NCBI GenBank assembly: GCA_032718475.1
Contig: JAUCBJ010008389.1
Span: 62,001-126,000 of the forward strand
Direction: 5' to 3'
Source of the DNA: Nemertoderma westbladi
Lineage: Eukaryota; Animalia; Xenacoelomorpha
DNA: 64,000 nt
Shown: positions 1 through 10,973 of the stretch, piece after piece
Numbering within the stretch: position 1 is the first letter of the stretch
Layout of the letters: each line of letters opens with the position of its first letter
Program-made: the position numbers and the translations under genes
Notes under the pieces: model-generated
Databases searched by the model: none
Seen by the model: only the letters and a program-made list of their open reading frames with translations
Told to the model about the DNA's origin: nothing

Positions 1-334
1 CAACGTCAACCCCACCGACTACGGTACTGGCCCCTGTTTTCTGCTGACGGGGCTCTGTCGAACAACGCGTCCCTGATAGCAGTAAAGGGGGTCTCTCTCT
101 ATCTGAGGGGCAGTATTCCCCATTATTGCCGCGGAACTGCCCCCAACTCATCACCTCTCCCACTCTCGCTCTCCGCACGAACAATGTCCTCAAATCTACA
201 CCACCAACCCGCTCCCTACCCCGACAGCCGACACCCACCCCACCTACTACTGACACAATTGTTCCCAATACAACACAAACCCAGGATACATTTGCAATCT
301 TACCAACTACAGCGGTACAGCTTGCCCAACGTAT

Positions 335-1079
335 GCATGATGTACCACTTGTCCCCAGAATATACTGAGTACCATATATTTGTCTCTCAAGTACTATCTG
401 ATTACAATTTACCCAAGTTACATGATGTACAATAATTTGTTACTCAAGTACCGTACTATCTGATCAATTTGCTCCCAAGTATTCCTGATGTCAATTTGTC
501 GCCAAGTATTCCTGATGTCCATATATCATCATCTTCACAGTATTACATGTACATTTGTTCACAAAAATTATTGTCTCAAGATTACGTGACTGTACCATAT
601 CTGTTACCAGTACTCTGATGTACAATTTGTCCCAAGTATTCATGATGTACAATTTGTCCCAAGTTTACGATGTACCAAATTTGTATCTCAAGTACTGGCT
701 GATTTCAATTTACTTCCTATAGTACTACCGATGTACAATTTGTCCCAAGAATCATGATGTCAATTTGTCCCGTATTACCTGATGTACCATTATTTGTATC
801 TCAAGTACTATCTGATTTACAATTTGTCCCCAAGTATTACATGACTTACAATTTGTTCCCAAGTATTACATGACTTACAATTTGTTCCGCAAGTATTACC
901 TGATGTACCATATATTTGTCTCTCAAGTACTATCTGATTTACAATTTGTCCCCAGGGTATTTCCTGATGTACCATTTGTCCCCAAGTATTACCTGACGTA
1001 CCATATATTTGTCTCTCAAGTACTATCTGATTTACAATTTATTCCCAAGTATTACCTGATGTACCATTTGTCCCCAAGT
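335..1079. repeat. Degenerate ~30-bp tandem repeat (consensus near TGATGTACCATTTGTCCCCAAGTATTACC), left part
   Basis: Recurrent ...gatgtac(a/c)atttgtccccaagtattac... units. The array resumes at 3380-3803 after the nested insertions. Copies before ~800 have many indels. Confidence 0.85.
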
Positions 1080-3379
1080 TGATCTCTCTTTTTATTGGCT
1101 GATAAATGTAGTAGAAAAAACAAATATTAGGCACGAGACGAGAACACAAAACACGAATACAAACACAAAACAATTAAAAACTATACTTTGTTAATCAAGT
1201 ATTTAGTATTTGATGTATTTAAAATGTTTTATTACGTGAAGGGGCGGTTGCCCGTTGCCTAGTAATAGGCCAATGAGGGCAGCCCTGCACCGTCCTCCAG
1301 GCCCAGTCCGCTGCGCCAATTCACCCGGGATCCACGGAGGCAGTGGGAAGCCCCGCGGATAATGGCGAGTTGGACTCGGGTCCGGACCCAGCCCATTACC
1401 ACACTGTAGGGTTTCCCCCACGCGCGATGCAGCCTCTCCGCAAAGGTCCGGAGCAGTTTGTTGGCCTGTGGAGCCACGATCCCATCGCACGAGGCGACAA
1501 ACGGGGAGAAGTTGCCACGACGATCAGAAACGGCGTCGGCATAGATCCGCTTCTTAGCATCCTCGGCGGACTCGTGAACACTCATTGGGGCGCGGCTTGA
1601 GTAAGACCCGGCGTCAAGGTTCATTACCTTTTGTATCAATCAACGCCTGGGTCTGACTCTCAAACGCGCGCCGAATCCCGATGTCGCACCGTAGCCCCCC
1701 CGCCTTGTCCTAAATCCCCGCCTGTTCCAGGACGATGGGTTCCAACACCACGTTGCGTGGGCCGAACGCCTGGGCCGCGATGTCCCCCACGAGGTCCTGC
1801 AGCTCATTATGCCGCTGTATTACGAGGCGCCTTTCGTACAATTTAACCCGTGGTTAATGTCGAAGGCGGCCCCGCATCCGTCACAGCGGCTTGGAACCGA
1901 TGCTAAGGGACGGCCATACCGGATGGCCAGCGCGTCCCTGAACTCCTGGGGCGAAAGATCCAGCTGGTGTTCCGATATCGGGAGGGAGGAGATCCACCCA
2001 CCCGAGCGGTAGTCCGCAGTGCGCTGGATAGCCCTTCGCCGGTCTTCAGGCATCTCCTCCACCGCTTCCTAGCTTATGGAAGCAGGACAATTCGGTCCGG
2101 GACAATTCGGTCCCGGACAATTCGGTCCGGACAATTCGGTCCCGGACAATTCGGTCCCGGACAATTCGGTCCCATTAATTTTGTGTTTTGGGACCGAATT
2201 GTCCGGGACCTAAGTGTCCGGATACTGACTAGGACAATTCGGTCCCAAAACGTGCATATTAATGGGACCGAATTGTCAGGGACCGAATTGTCCGGGACCG
2301 AATTGTCCGGGACCGAATTGTCCGGGACCGAATTGTCTGGGACCGAATTGTCCGGGACCGAATTGTCCGGGACCGAATTGTCCGGGACCAAATTTAATTG
2401 GTACTATATAATGGTGAATGTTCTAGAACCTTAAATACATATATTATTATATTATGGTAGCTAGTGTTTTTTTTACTAGCTAGTATTTTTTTTTTAATAA
2501 AAAAAATTTACTTTTTTTTGTTAACATTTATTAGTTATGGTAGCTATGGTGTTTTCATGGAGCTTGTGAATTATTTACTAGCTAGTAATAGTATATTGTA
2601 TTTAAAATGTTTAAAACTCATTTTTTTCATATATATATTGCATATGTATACTGTATGTGTTGTTGGTTGGTTAACAAGCCTAAATTATTATCCTAGATAA
2701 TAGCTGGATCTCATTCAGGGACTGTTATAATATCATCGATATTTTTGGTAATTAATATAATCAGCAACAGTTTAGGCCTAATTCTGAAATATCAATGTTT
2801 TCACAAGTGTTTTTATAATTTCAAGGAAATGCTAACTAGTAAAAAAAACACTAGCTACACCTTAATAAATAATATATAATAATGTTCTCGAACATTACCA
2901 ATAACAAAAATAAAAAAAAATACAGTATTTTTAAAATTTCAAAAAATTATAGCAAGTAAATAACACTAGCTACCATAACAAATATCTCTACTAATGTTCT
3001 AGAACATTCACCAATATCAAAAAATCACTAAAAAGTTGCTATCAGGAACCGGACAATTCGGTCCCGGACAATTCGGTCCCTGACAATTCGGTCCCGGACA
3101 ATTCGGTCCCGGACAATTCGGTCCCGGACAATTCGGTCCCGGACAATTCGGTCCCGGACAATTCGGTCGCGGACAAATCGGTCCCGGACAATTCGGTCCC
3201 GGACAATTCGGTCCCGGACAATTCGGTCCTAGGACAATTCGGTCCTAGGACAATTCGGTCCCGGACAATTCGGTCCCATTTATTTAGTGTTTTGGGACCG
3301 AATTGTCCGGGACCGAATTGTCCGGGACCGAATTGTCCTACATCCCTAGCTTATACTGGCCTTCCTCGCGGGCCAGCTG
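1080..3379 (-). mobile_element. 5'-truncated, decayed CRE-like non-LTR retrotransposon (C-terminal CCHC knuckle + restriction-like endonuclease), split by a MITE at 2078-3345
   Basis: Minus-strand frameshifted pieces read GWISSLP...EFRDALAIRYG...CDGCGAAFDINHGLNC (CCHC), LVIQRHNEL, GLRCDIGIR...ALID, KKRIY...FSPFVASCDG...PYSVVMGWVRTRVQLAIIRGASHCLRGSR. This is the C-terminal layout of RLE-bearing CRE-clade ORFs. A short remnant continues at 3355-3379, and TTGTCCCCAAGT flanks both sides. Confidence 0.8.
2078..3345. mobile_element. Non-autonomous foldback/MULE-like DNA transposon with 17-bp subterminal arrays
   Basis: TIR GGAAGCAGGACAATTCGGTCC (2078) vs GGACCGAATTGTCCTACATCC (ends 3345), 2 mismatches. 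9-bp TSD CTAGCTTAT at 2069-2077 and 3346-3354. Arrays of GGACAATTCGGTCCC(GG) in both orientations; AT-rich non-coding core. Confidence 0.9.
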
Positions 3380-3803
3380 TTTGTCCCCAAGTAGTACCTG
3401 ATGTGCTATTTGTCCCCAAATAATATCTGAGTACAATTTTCCCCAAGTATTACCTGATGGAGCATGTCCCCAAAATAATTGTCCTCAAGTATTATCTGAT
3501 CTACCGTTTGTTCAAGTATTATCTGGTGTAGGTCTACCATTTGTCCTCAAGTATTATCAGATGTACCATTTTTGCCCAAAATAAATTTCCCCAAGTTTTA
3601 CCTGAGGTACAATAATTTGTGTCCAAGTATTACCGGGATGTACTATCTAGTCAGCGAACTTTGTGTTTTCAAGGCCCTTCTGTCTGCAATTCAATACTCA
3701 CAGACATTATTGTCCCCAAAAGAATAATTATCTCAAATTATTATCTTATGTGCCATTTTTGTTCCCAAAATAATTTTTTCCCCAAGTATTATCTGATTTA
3801 CCA
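3380..3803. repeat. Degenerate ~30-bp tandem repeat, right part of the 335-1079 array
   Basis: Same ttgtccccaagtatta(c/t)ctgatgtac motif recurs. Confidence 0.75.
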
Positions 3804-3901
3804 TTAAACTATCAATCTTAAACTTTAACTGCCATAAACTTTGCAAAAATGACAGGCAGGGAGGCCGCGACACTACTACTATTATGTATAATAGGCCTAG
3901 T

Positions 3902-5419
3902 ACACGTTCGTGGGGCCTTCGCGCAGCACGAGGCCCAGTTATGAGATACAAATCAAAATTGAGCGACTGTATCACAAAATCAGGTTTTGAGAAATTTACC
4001 CACACCACCAATCAATCAAAGAAAGGGGGACAGTACGTGTTCACCCCTTTTAATCCCCCCCCCCCCCCCCACCCTTCCCAACCACCAATACATAACCGCG
4101 ACATCTACCACCCACGGAAGGGTAGCACGAACTTATTTCCAATCGCACGTTCAATATGCAAAGCCAGGTGGTTTATAGGAATATAATAAACGCAGTACTC
4201 GTATTCATTATAAGCCTCGTTGCGTTCGTCCTGTTTTGTATTTAAATATATTTCTTAAACGCAGGCTAGGACGTTCTTTATAATAATAATAACTAGGGAT
4301 GCGATCAATATGTGAAGCCAGGTGGTTTATATAATAATTTAGTCAACGCAGTACTCGTCTTCATTATATGCCTCGTTGCGCTCGTCGCTTGTCCTGTTTT
4401 GTTATAAAATATTTTTCCTAAACGCAGACTGACGATCTTTATACAGTTATAACTATGCGAAGTTTCGAAACTGTGCGAGTAACTGTTGATACATCTATGT
4501 GGATATGTGTGATATGTGGAGATGTGTGATACAACGCCAACGCATCTTATGCCGATGTAGTAATATGGGTATTGAAATAATATTAAATTAATGTACACTC
4601 TTAAAGCTGCAGCGAAAAAATGTAGCTAATTTCCTAGGTTACATATAAAATAATAATATTATTTTTAAGAACATTAATTTTACTACTTTGCAAAAATTCA
4701 ATTAAAAAATAACCAGACATATACATTGTGGAATAAACTATTTCAGAAGCCTACACAACAGCCATGCCATGGATAGTATTTATGTTATGATATCTGTCAT
4801 TCACCTGAGATAGCAATACAACATTTATAGTGAATTTAAAGAATGCTGTCTGGGCTGGAATAGCAATACTGGTTGTCTATTACTATTCCTCTCTGGTTAG
4901 TCTTAGCAACAACTCCCAGCCAGCAGCAGAGACTTGACCAATAATCATTCCCAGCAACTGGGAATGACACACACATCCCATCTATGTACCAGCATGTTGG
5001 CCAATAAATGAGCAGTATTTAATGAGAATAAATTTTTTTTGCCGTTTTAATTACTTTAGATCAATTAAAGACACAATTATTAAAGCAAATCACTTGAACT
5101 AATTAAAAACTATAATAGAATGGCGTATGGGGATTACATCTGTATAATTTTTAATTATAATTATTTAAATCTTATACTGTAAAACAATTAATTTCCTTTA
5201 AAAGGCAGGTTGAAAATGGTGTTTTTACCGTAATAACTTAATTAACTAATTAACTGCTATTATCTTAGCTTCTCGAAGGCCACACTGAAATTCTACTTGG
5301 AAAATTTCTAAACTTTTGCCAAACAACATGTGTACCAAGTTTGGATAGATTTCATCAAAGATTGGCCGAGTTATTAACGTTTAAAATTGAACACGACAGA
5401 ACGACAGAACGACAGAACG
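3902..5419 (+). mobile_element. Helentron/HINE (DINE-1)-like non-autonomous element, copy 1 of a head-to-tail pair
   Basis: Starts ACACGTTCGTGGGGCCTTCGCGCAGCACGAGGCCC (GC-rich hairpin). Contains an internal ~154-bp duplication and a ccaagtttgg...gagttattaac block, and ends in a (GACAGAAC)n run. Near-identical to 5420-6990. No ORF. Family assignment is from structure only. Confidence 0.6.
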
Positions 5420-7098
5420 ACACGTTCGTGGGGCCTTCGCGCAGCACGAGGCCCAGTTATGAGATACAAATTAAAATTGTGCGACTGTATCACAAAATCA
5501 GGTTATGAGATATTAACCCACACCACCAATTAATCAAAGAAAGGGGGACAGTACGTGTTCACCCCTTTTAATCTGCACACCCCCCCCCCCCCCTCCCCCC
5601 ACCCACCAATACATAACCGCGACATCTACCACCCACGGAAGGGTAGCACGAACTTATTTCCAATCGCACGTTAAATATGCAAAGCCAGGTGGTTTATAGG
5701 AATATAATAAACGCAGTACTCGTTTTCATTATAAGCCTCTTTGCGTTCGTCCTGTTTTGTATTTAAATATATTTCTTAAACGCAGGCTAGGACGATCTTT
5801 ATAATAATAATAACTAGGGATGCGATCAATATGTGAAGCCAGGTGGTTTATATAACAATTTAGTCAACGCAGTACTCGTCTTCATTATATGCCTCGTTGC
5901 GCTCGTCGCTTGTCCTGTTTTGTCATAAAATATTTTTCCTAAACGCAGACTGACGATCTTTATACAGTTATAACTATGCGAAGTTTCGAAACTGTGCGAG
6001 TAACTGTTGATACATCTATGTGGAGATGTGTGATATGTGGAGATGTGTGATACAACGCCAACGCATCTTATGCCGATGTAGTAATATGGGTATTGAAATA
6101 ATATTAAATCAATGTACACTCTTAAAGCTGCAGCGAAAAAATGTAGCTAATTTCCTAGGTTACATATAAAATAATAATATTATTTTTAAGAACATTAATT
6201 TTACTACTTTGCAAAAATTCAATTAAAAAATAACCAGACATATACATTGTGGAATAAACTATTTCAGAAGCCTACACAACAGCCATGCCATGGATTGTAT
6301 TTATGTTATTATATCTGTCATTTACCTGAGATAGCAATACAACACTTATAGTAGAGTCAATACAGGAAGGATGTTGGGATGTTGGATTTCAAGAATGATG
6401 TCTGGGCTGGAATAGCAATACTGGTTGCCTATTACAGTACAATTCCTCTCTGGTTAGTCTACAGCCACAACTCCAAGCCAGCTAGCTCCACACCAGCAGA
6501 GACTTGACCAATAATCATTCCCAGCAAATAGCTGCCTTACACACACATCCTTCCATCGTACCAGCATGTTAGCCAATAAATGAGCAGTATTTAATGAGAA
6601 TCAATTTTTTATGACGTTTTAATTACTTTAGATCAATTAAAGACACAATTAATAAAGCAAATCACTTGAACTAATTAAAAACTATAATAGAATGGCGTAT
6701 GTGGATTACATCTGTATAATTTTTAAGTATAATTATTTAAATCTTATACTGTAAAACAATTAATTTCCTTTAAAAGGCAGGTTGAAAATGGTGTTTTTAC
6801 CGTAATCAACTTAATTAACTAATTAACTGCTATTATCTTAGCTTCTCGAAGGCCACACGGAAATTCTACTTGGAAAATTTCTAAACTTTTGCCAAACAAC
6901 ATGTGTACCAAGTTTGGATAGATTTCATCAAAGATTGGCTGAGTTATTAACGTTTAAAATTGGACGCGACAGAACGACAGAACGACAGGTTGATTAATGG
7001 TACCACTACGCTAAGGCTCACTCACTTCGTGGCTCGCCCCACAGGTTGATTAATGGTACCACTACGCTAAGGCTCACTCACTTCGTGGCTCGCCCCAC
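5420..7098 (+). mobile_element. Helentron/HINE-like element, copy 2, with duplicated 56-bp 3' module
   Basis: Direct repeat of 3902-5419, followed by two exact copies of ACAGGTTGATTAATGGTACCACTACGCTAAGGCTCACTCACTTCGTGGCTCGCCCC (6985-7040, 7041-7096). Confidence 0.6.
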
Positions 7099-7198
7099 AT
7101 TCAAGCTGCACATTGAGATATTACGCTACAGTAGCTTAAAACAACAACATTTTGCCACCAATATGCAATCCACAGATGGAATGCTCCAGCATTGTGAA

Positions 7199-7682
7199 TT
7201 AAGAATGCTATGCCGGCTTATCAACAAATTTGTACCGCCACAACTCTTATTCTTATTATTAAACAATTTACTACGTAAAGATGCAATACAAAATAACAAA
7301 TAATAATAAACAAATAATAACCCCCTACCTCCATGACTTTCGCGAGACTCCGCATTTTCAAGGCCAGTGTCCTTTAAGAGGCGTCTCTAGAAATTCATAG
7401 GATGTCGACCATGCTTATTTTATGAGCACAAGATTGTGCACAGGCTGGTCCTTTCGGTGAAAACAGTGTCATGCAAAGCGGAGGCGGCTCCAATGTTATA
7501 TAGTGTCTGGTTGGAGATGTGTGCATTGTACTTGATGGGGTGAACCTGGCGAAGCATTCGTGTGAATGTGCCGTCCAGAGATTTGGTATGCTCTGCAGTT
7601 AGAGCCCAGCATGGACTTCCATATAAGAGTACTGGTAGTAACGCTGCTTTAAATAATCGGACCTTAAGTTTCCGACGTATTC
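7199..7682 (-). mobile_element. Decayed 3' fragment of the RTE-like LINE family found at 26985-28971
   Basis: Aligns by eye with ~27021-27480 (aaggccagtgtcctttaaga, ctccaatgttatatagtgtctggttggagatgtgtgcattgtacttga, aaataatcggaccttaagtttccga). Has deletions and an AT-rich insert at ~7248-7325. Confidence 0.85.
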
Positions 7683-8573
7683 CGTGTTAACGTATAACAG
7701 TTACCTTACCGGTAATATATCGTGAAAATTTCGATATATTTAAAAATTGGATAGTACTAGTTACCGAGATATAGCCATTTCCCATTGAATCACAGATTAT
7801 TGTAAAATTAACTAGATTATTCTGGAACATACCAATTTGCTACTTACTTTTCCTTTTGTTTTTCTTGTGATATGCAAATTTATGTAGAAATTATATGGAT
7901 AAACATATGATCCCCAAAATACTATTTTATAGACTTTTTTGGGCATTAACAAGGTATAGCAAAATATATGGTTCGGATTGATTGCGAATTACTTAGGGTT
8001 TTATGCCCGTAAATACTTGATTCGACTATATACAGTAGTTTATAATATATATATAATATATATAGTGGGAAACAAAAATAACAAAATTTGCAGAAAAAGT
8101 AACACATAGCTCATTTAAAACTTTACCACTTTCTTCCGGTTGATCGAAATGGAAATTATATTGGAAAAATATATCTTTATATGGCAATTTTTTCTGCAGA
8201 CTTTTGAAGTATTTTGAACAATTTTTTTTAAGCAATTAATTCGTTACAATGGTGAGAACACAATAGACTCACATTTTATAGCCCTTTTATAGCCACTACA
8301 TTTAGTAGGGTTAATATCGTTAGATTTTTTGGAGCATGGGATATTCGTCCTATTATATAATATATCGGTACCAAAAGGTACATTAAAATTATATTTGTAT
8401 ATCTTGTACAAATATACATCGTTCTTGTAACAATTTCACTTCATGGCGCTAATCCAATGTATTATGGAATTTAGTATGGAAATAAATTAAAATTTTGTAA
8501 TTGGGTACGTAGGCGGCCTACACACTTTATACAATATGACCTGTTAATAATAACAATAATAACTGAGCAACAA

Positions 8574-10272
8574 TTAGGCCGTCTGTGTGGATAATAAACT
8601 GAGTCGGCCGACTGTGTGGATAATAAACTGAACGACAAGTAGGCCGACTGGGTGGATAATAAACTGAGCGACAAGTAGGCCGACTGGGTGGATAATAAAC
8701 TGAGCAACAAGTAGGCCGACTGTGTGGATAATAAACTGAGCGACAAGTAGGCCGACTGGGTGGATAATAAACTGAGCGACAAGTAGGCCGACTGTGTGGA
8801 TAATAAACTGAGCGACAGGTAGGCCGACTGGGTGGATAATAAACTGAGCGACTGGTAGGCCGACTGGGTGGATAATAAACTGAGCGACAAGTAGGCCGAC
8901 TGTGTGGATAATAAACTGAGCGACAGGTAGGCCGACTGGGTGGATAATAAACTGAGCGACAAGTAGGCCGACTGTGTGGATAATAAACTGAGCGACAGGT
9001 AGGCCGACTGGGTGGATAATAAACTGAGTCGGCCGACTGTGTGGATAATAAACTGAGCGACAGGTAGGCCGACTGGGTGGATAATAAACTGAGTCGGCCG
9101 ACTGTGTGGATAATAAACTGAGCGACAGGTAGGCCGACTGGGTGGATAATAAACTGAGCGACAAGTAGGCCGACTGTGTGGATAATAAACTGAGCGACAA
9201 GTAGGCCGACTGGGTGGATAATAAACTGAGCGACAGGTAGGCCGACTGTGTGGATAATAAACTGAGCGACAGGTAGGCCGACTGGGTGGATAATAAACTG
9301 AGCGACAAGTAGGCCGACTGGGTGGATAATAAACTGAGCAACAAGTAGGCCGACTGGGTGGATAATAAACTGAGCGACAAGTAGGCCGACTGGGTGGATA
9401 ATAAACTGAGCGACAAGTAGGCCGACTGGGTGGATAATAAACTGAGCGACAAGTAGGCCGACTGGGTGGATAATAAACTGAGCAACAAGTAGGCCGACTG
9501 TGTGGATAATAAACTGAGCGACAAGTAGGCCGACTGTGTGGATAATAAACTGAGCGACAAGTAGGCCGACTGGGTGGATAATAAACTGAGCGACAGGTAG
9601 GCCGACTGGGTGGATAATAAACTGAGCAACAAGTAGACCGACTGGGTGGATAATAAACTGAGCGACAGGTAGGCCGACTGTGTGGATAATAAACTGAGCG
9701 ACAGGTAGGCCGACTGGGTGGATAATAAACTGAACGACAAGTAGGCCGACTGGGTGGATAATAAACTGAGCAACAAGTAGGCCGACTGGGTGGATAATAA
9801 ACTGAGCGACAAGTAGGCCGACTGGGTGGATAATAAACTGAGCAACAAGTAGGCCGACTGGGTGGATAATAAACTGAGCGACAAGTAGGCCGACTGTGTG
9901 GATAATAAACTGAGCGACAAGTAGGTTGACTGGGTGGATAATAAACTGAACGACAAGTAGGCCGACTGGGTGGATGATAAACTGAGCGACAAGTAGACCG
10001 ACTGGGTGGATAATAAACTGAGCGACAAGTAGGCCGACTGGGTGGATAATAAACTGAGCAATAAGTAGGCCGACTGGGTGGATAATAAAAAACTGAGCGA
10101 CAAGTAGGCCGACTGGGTGGATGATAAACTGAGCGACAAGTAGGCCGACTGGGTGGATAATAAACTGAGCAACAAGTAGGCCGACTGGGTGGATAATAAA
10201 CTGAGCGACAAGTAGGCCGACTGGGTGGATGATAAACTGAGCGACAAGTAGACCGTAAACTGAGCAACAAGT
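8574..10272. repeat. 36-bp minisatellite (GTAGGCCGACTGGGTGGATAATAAACTGAGCGACAA)n
   Basis: Homogeneous 36-bp units with a few shorter deletion variants. Confidence 0.97.
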
Positions 10273-10973
10273 AGGGCGCCGATAGTGTCCTGATGGTGTA
10301 AATTAAAATAAAAATAAAAAATTTTCTCGTCAGATCAACTTAGAATTGATATGATGAACGTAAAATATCTGAATTTCTTAGATACAATGATGACACCATC
10401 AAGTGTTGCGTTGATGTTAAGTTTTAGTGCGACTTTTAAATAAATAAAACCATGTTAAGAGTAGAGGATTTCAAAACCTTATATTTAAACTTGACAAAAT
10501 GTAACACATAAACAAACATAACACATAAACAAAATAATATAAACAAACAGTGAAACACAACAGTTTGTGAAGAACAAGTCCAAATAAATGAATATTATTA
10601 ACTGCATAGATTATATTGCATAGAAGTGGACAGTTAGTGATAATAAGTCGATTTAGGTTGATAACTGGCCCGTTAAATTTAATAAGGTCAATATCCTGTA
10701 TAAACCAAGGGGATAACGAAATATAAATATCTAAATTATCATGAATTACGATACGTGATGAATCGGTAACTTATATATGGTAAATTGGTAACTCTGATGT
10801 TGGCATAATAACGGGCGTTACATCAACTACACACGAACAAGTAAAACCAACAAATTAACAAATAAAGAGAACAAATAAAACCCTTGAGAATTCTAACTGA
10901 TTAATAAAAATGAAAAATATGGTAAGTTAGAATTAATGTAGTCGATATGAGTTGGGTGTCTGAACTGATAAAG

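Noticed and set aside
1-334. GC-richer window start with short ORFs
   Set aside because: No recognisable motif; the adjacent repeat is indel-rich, suggesting decay or low consensus quality.
1967-2434. ORFs with SGTEL / VPDNS repeats
   Set aside because: Translations of the MITE's subterminal repeats.
8471-10270. 599-aa and 557-aa ORFs
   Set aside because: Translations of the 36-bp minisatellite that swap frames at deletion units; no unique domain or credible start.
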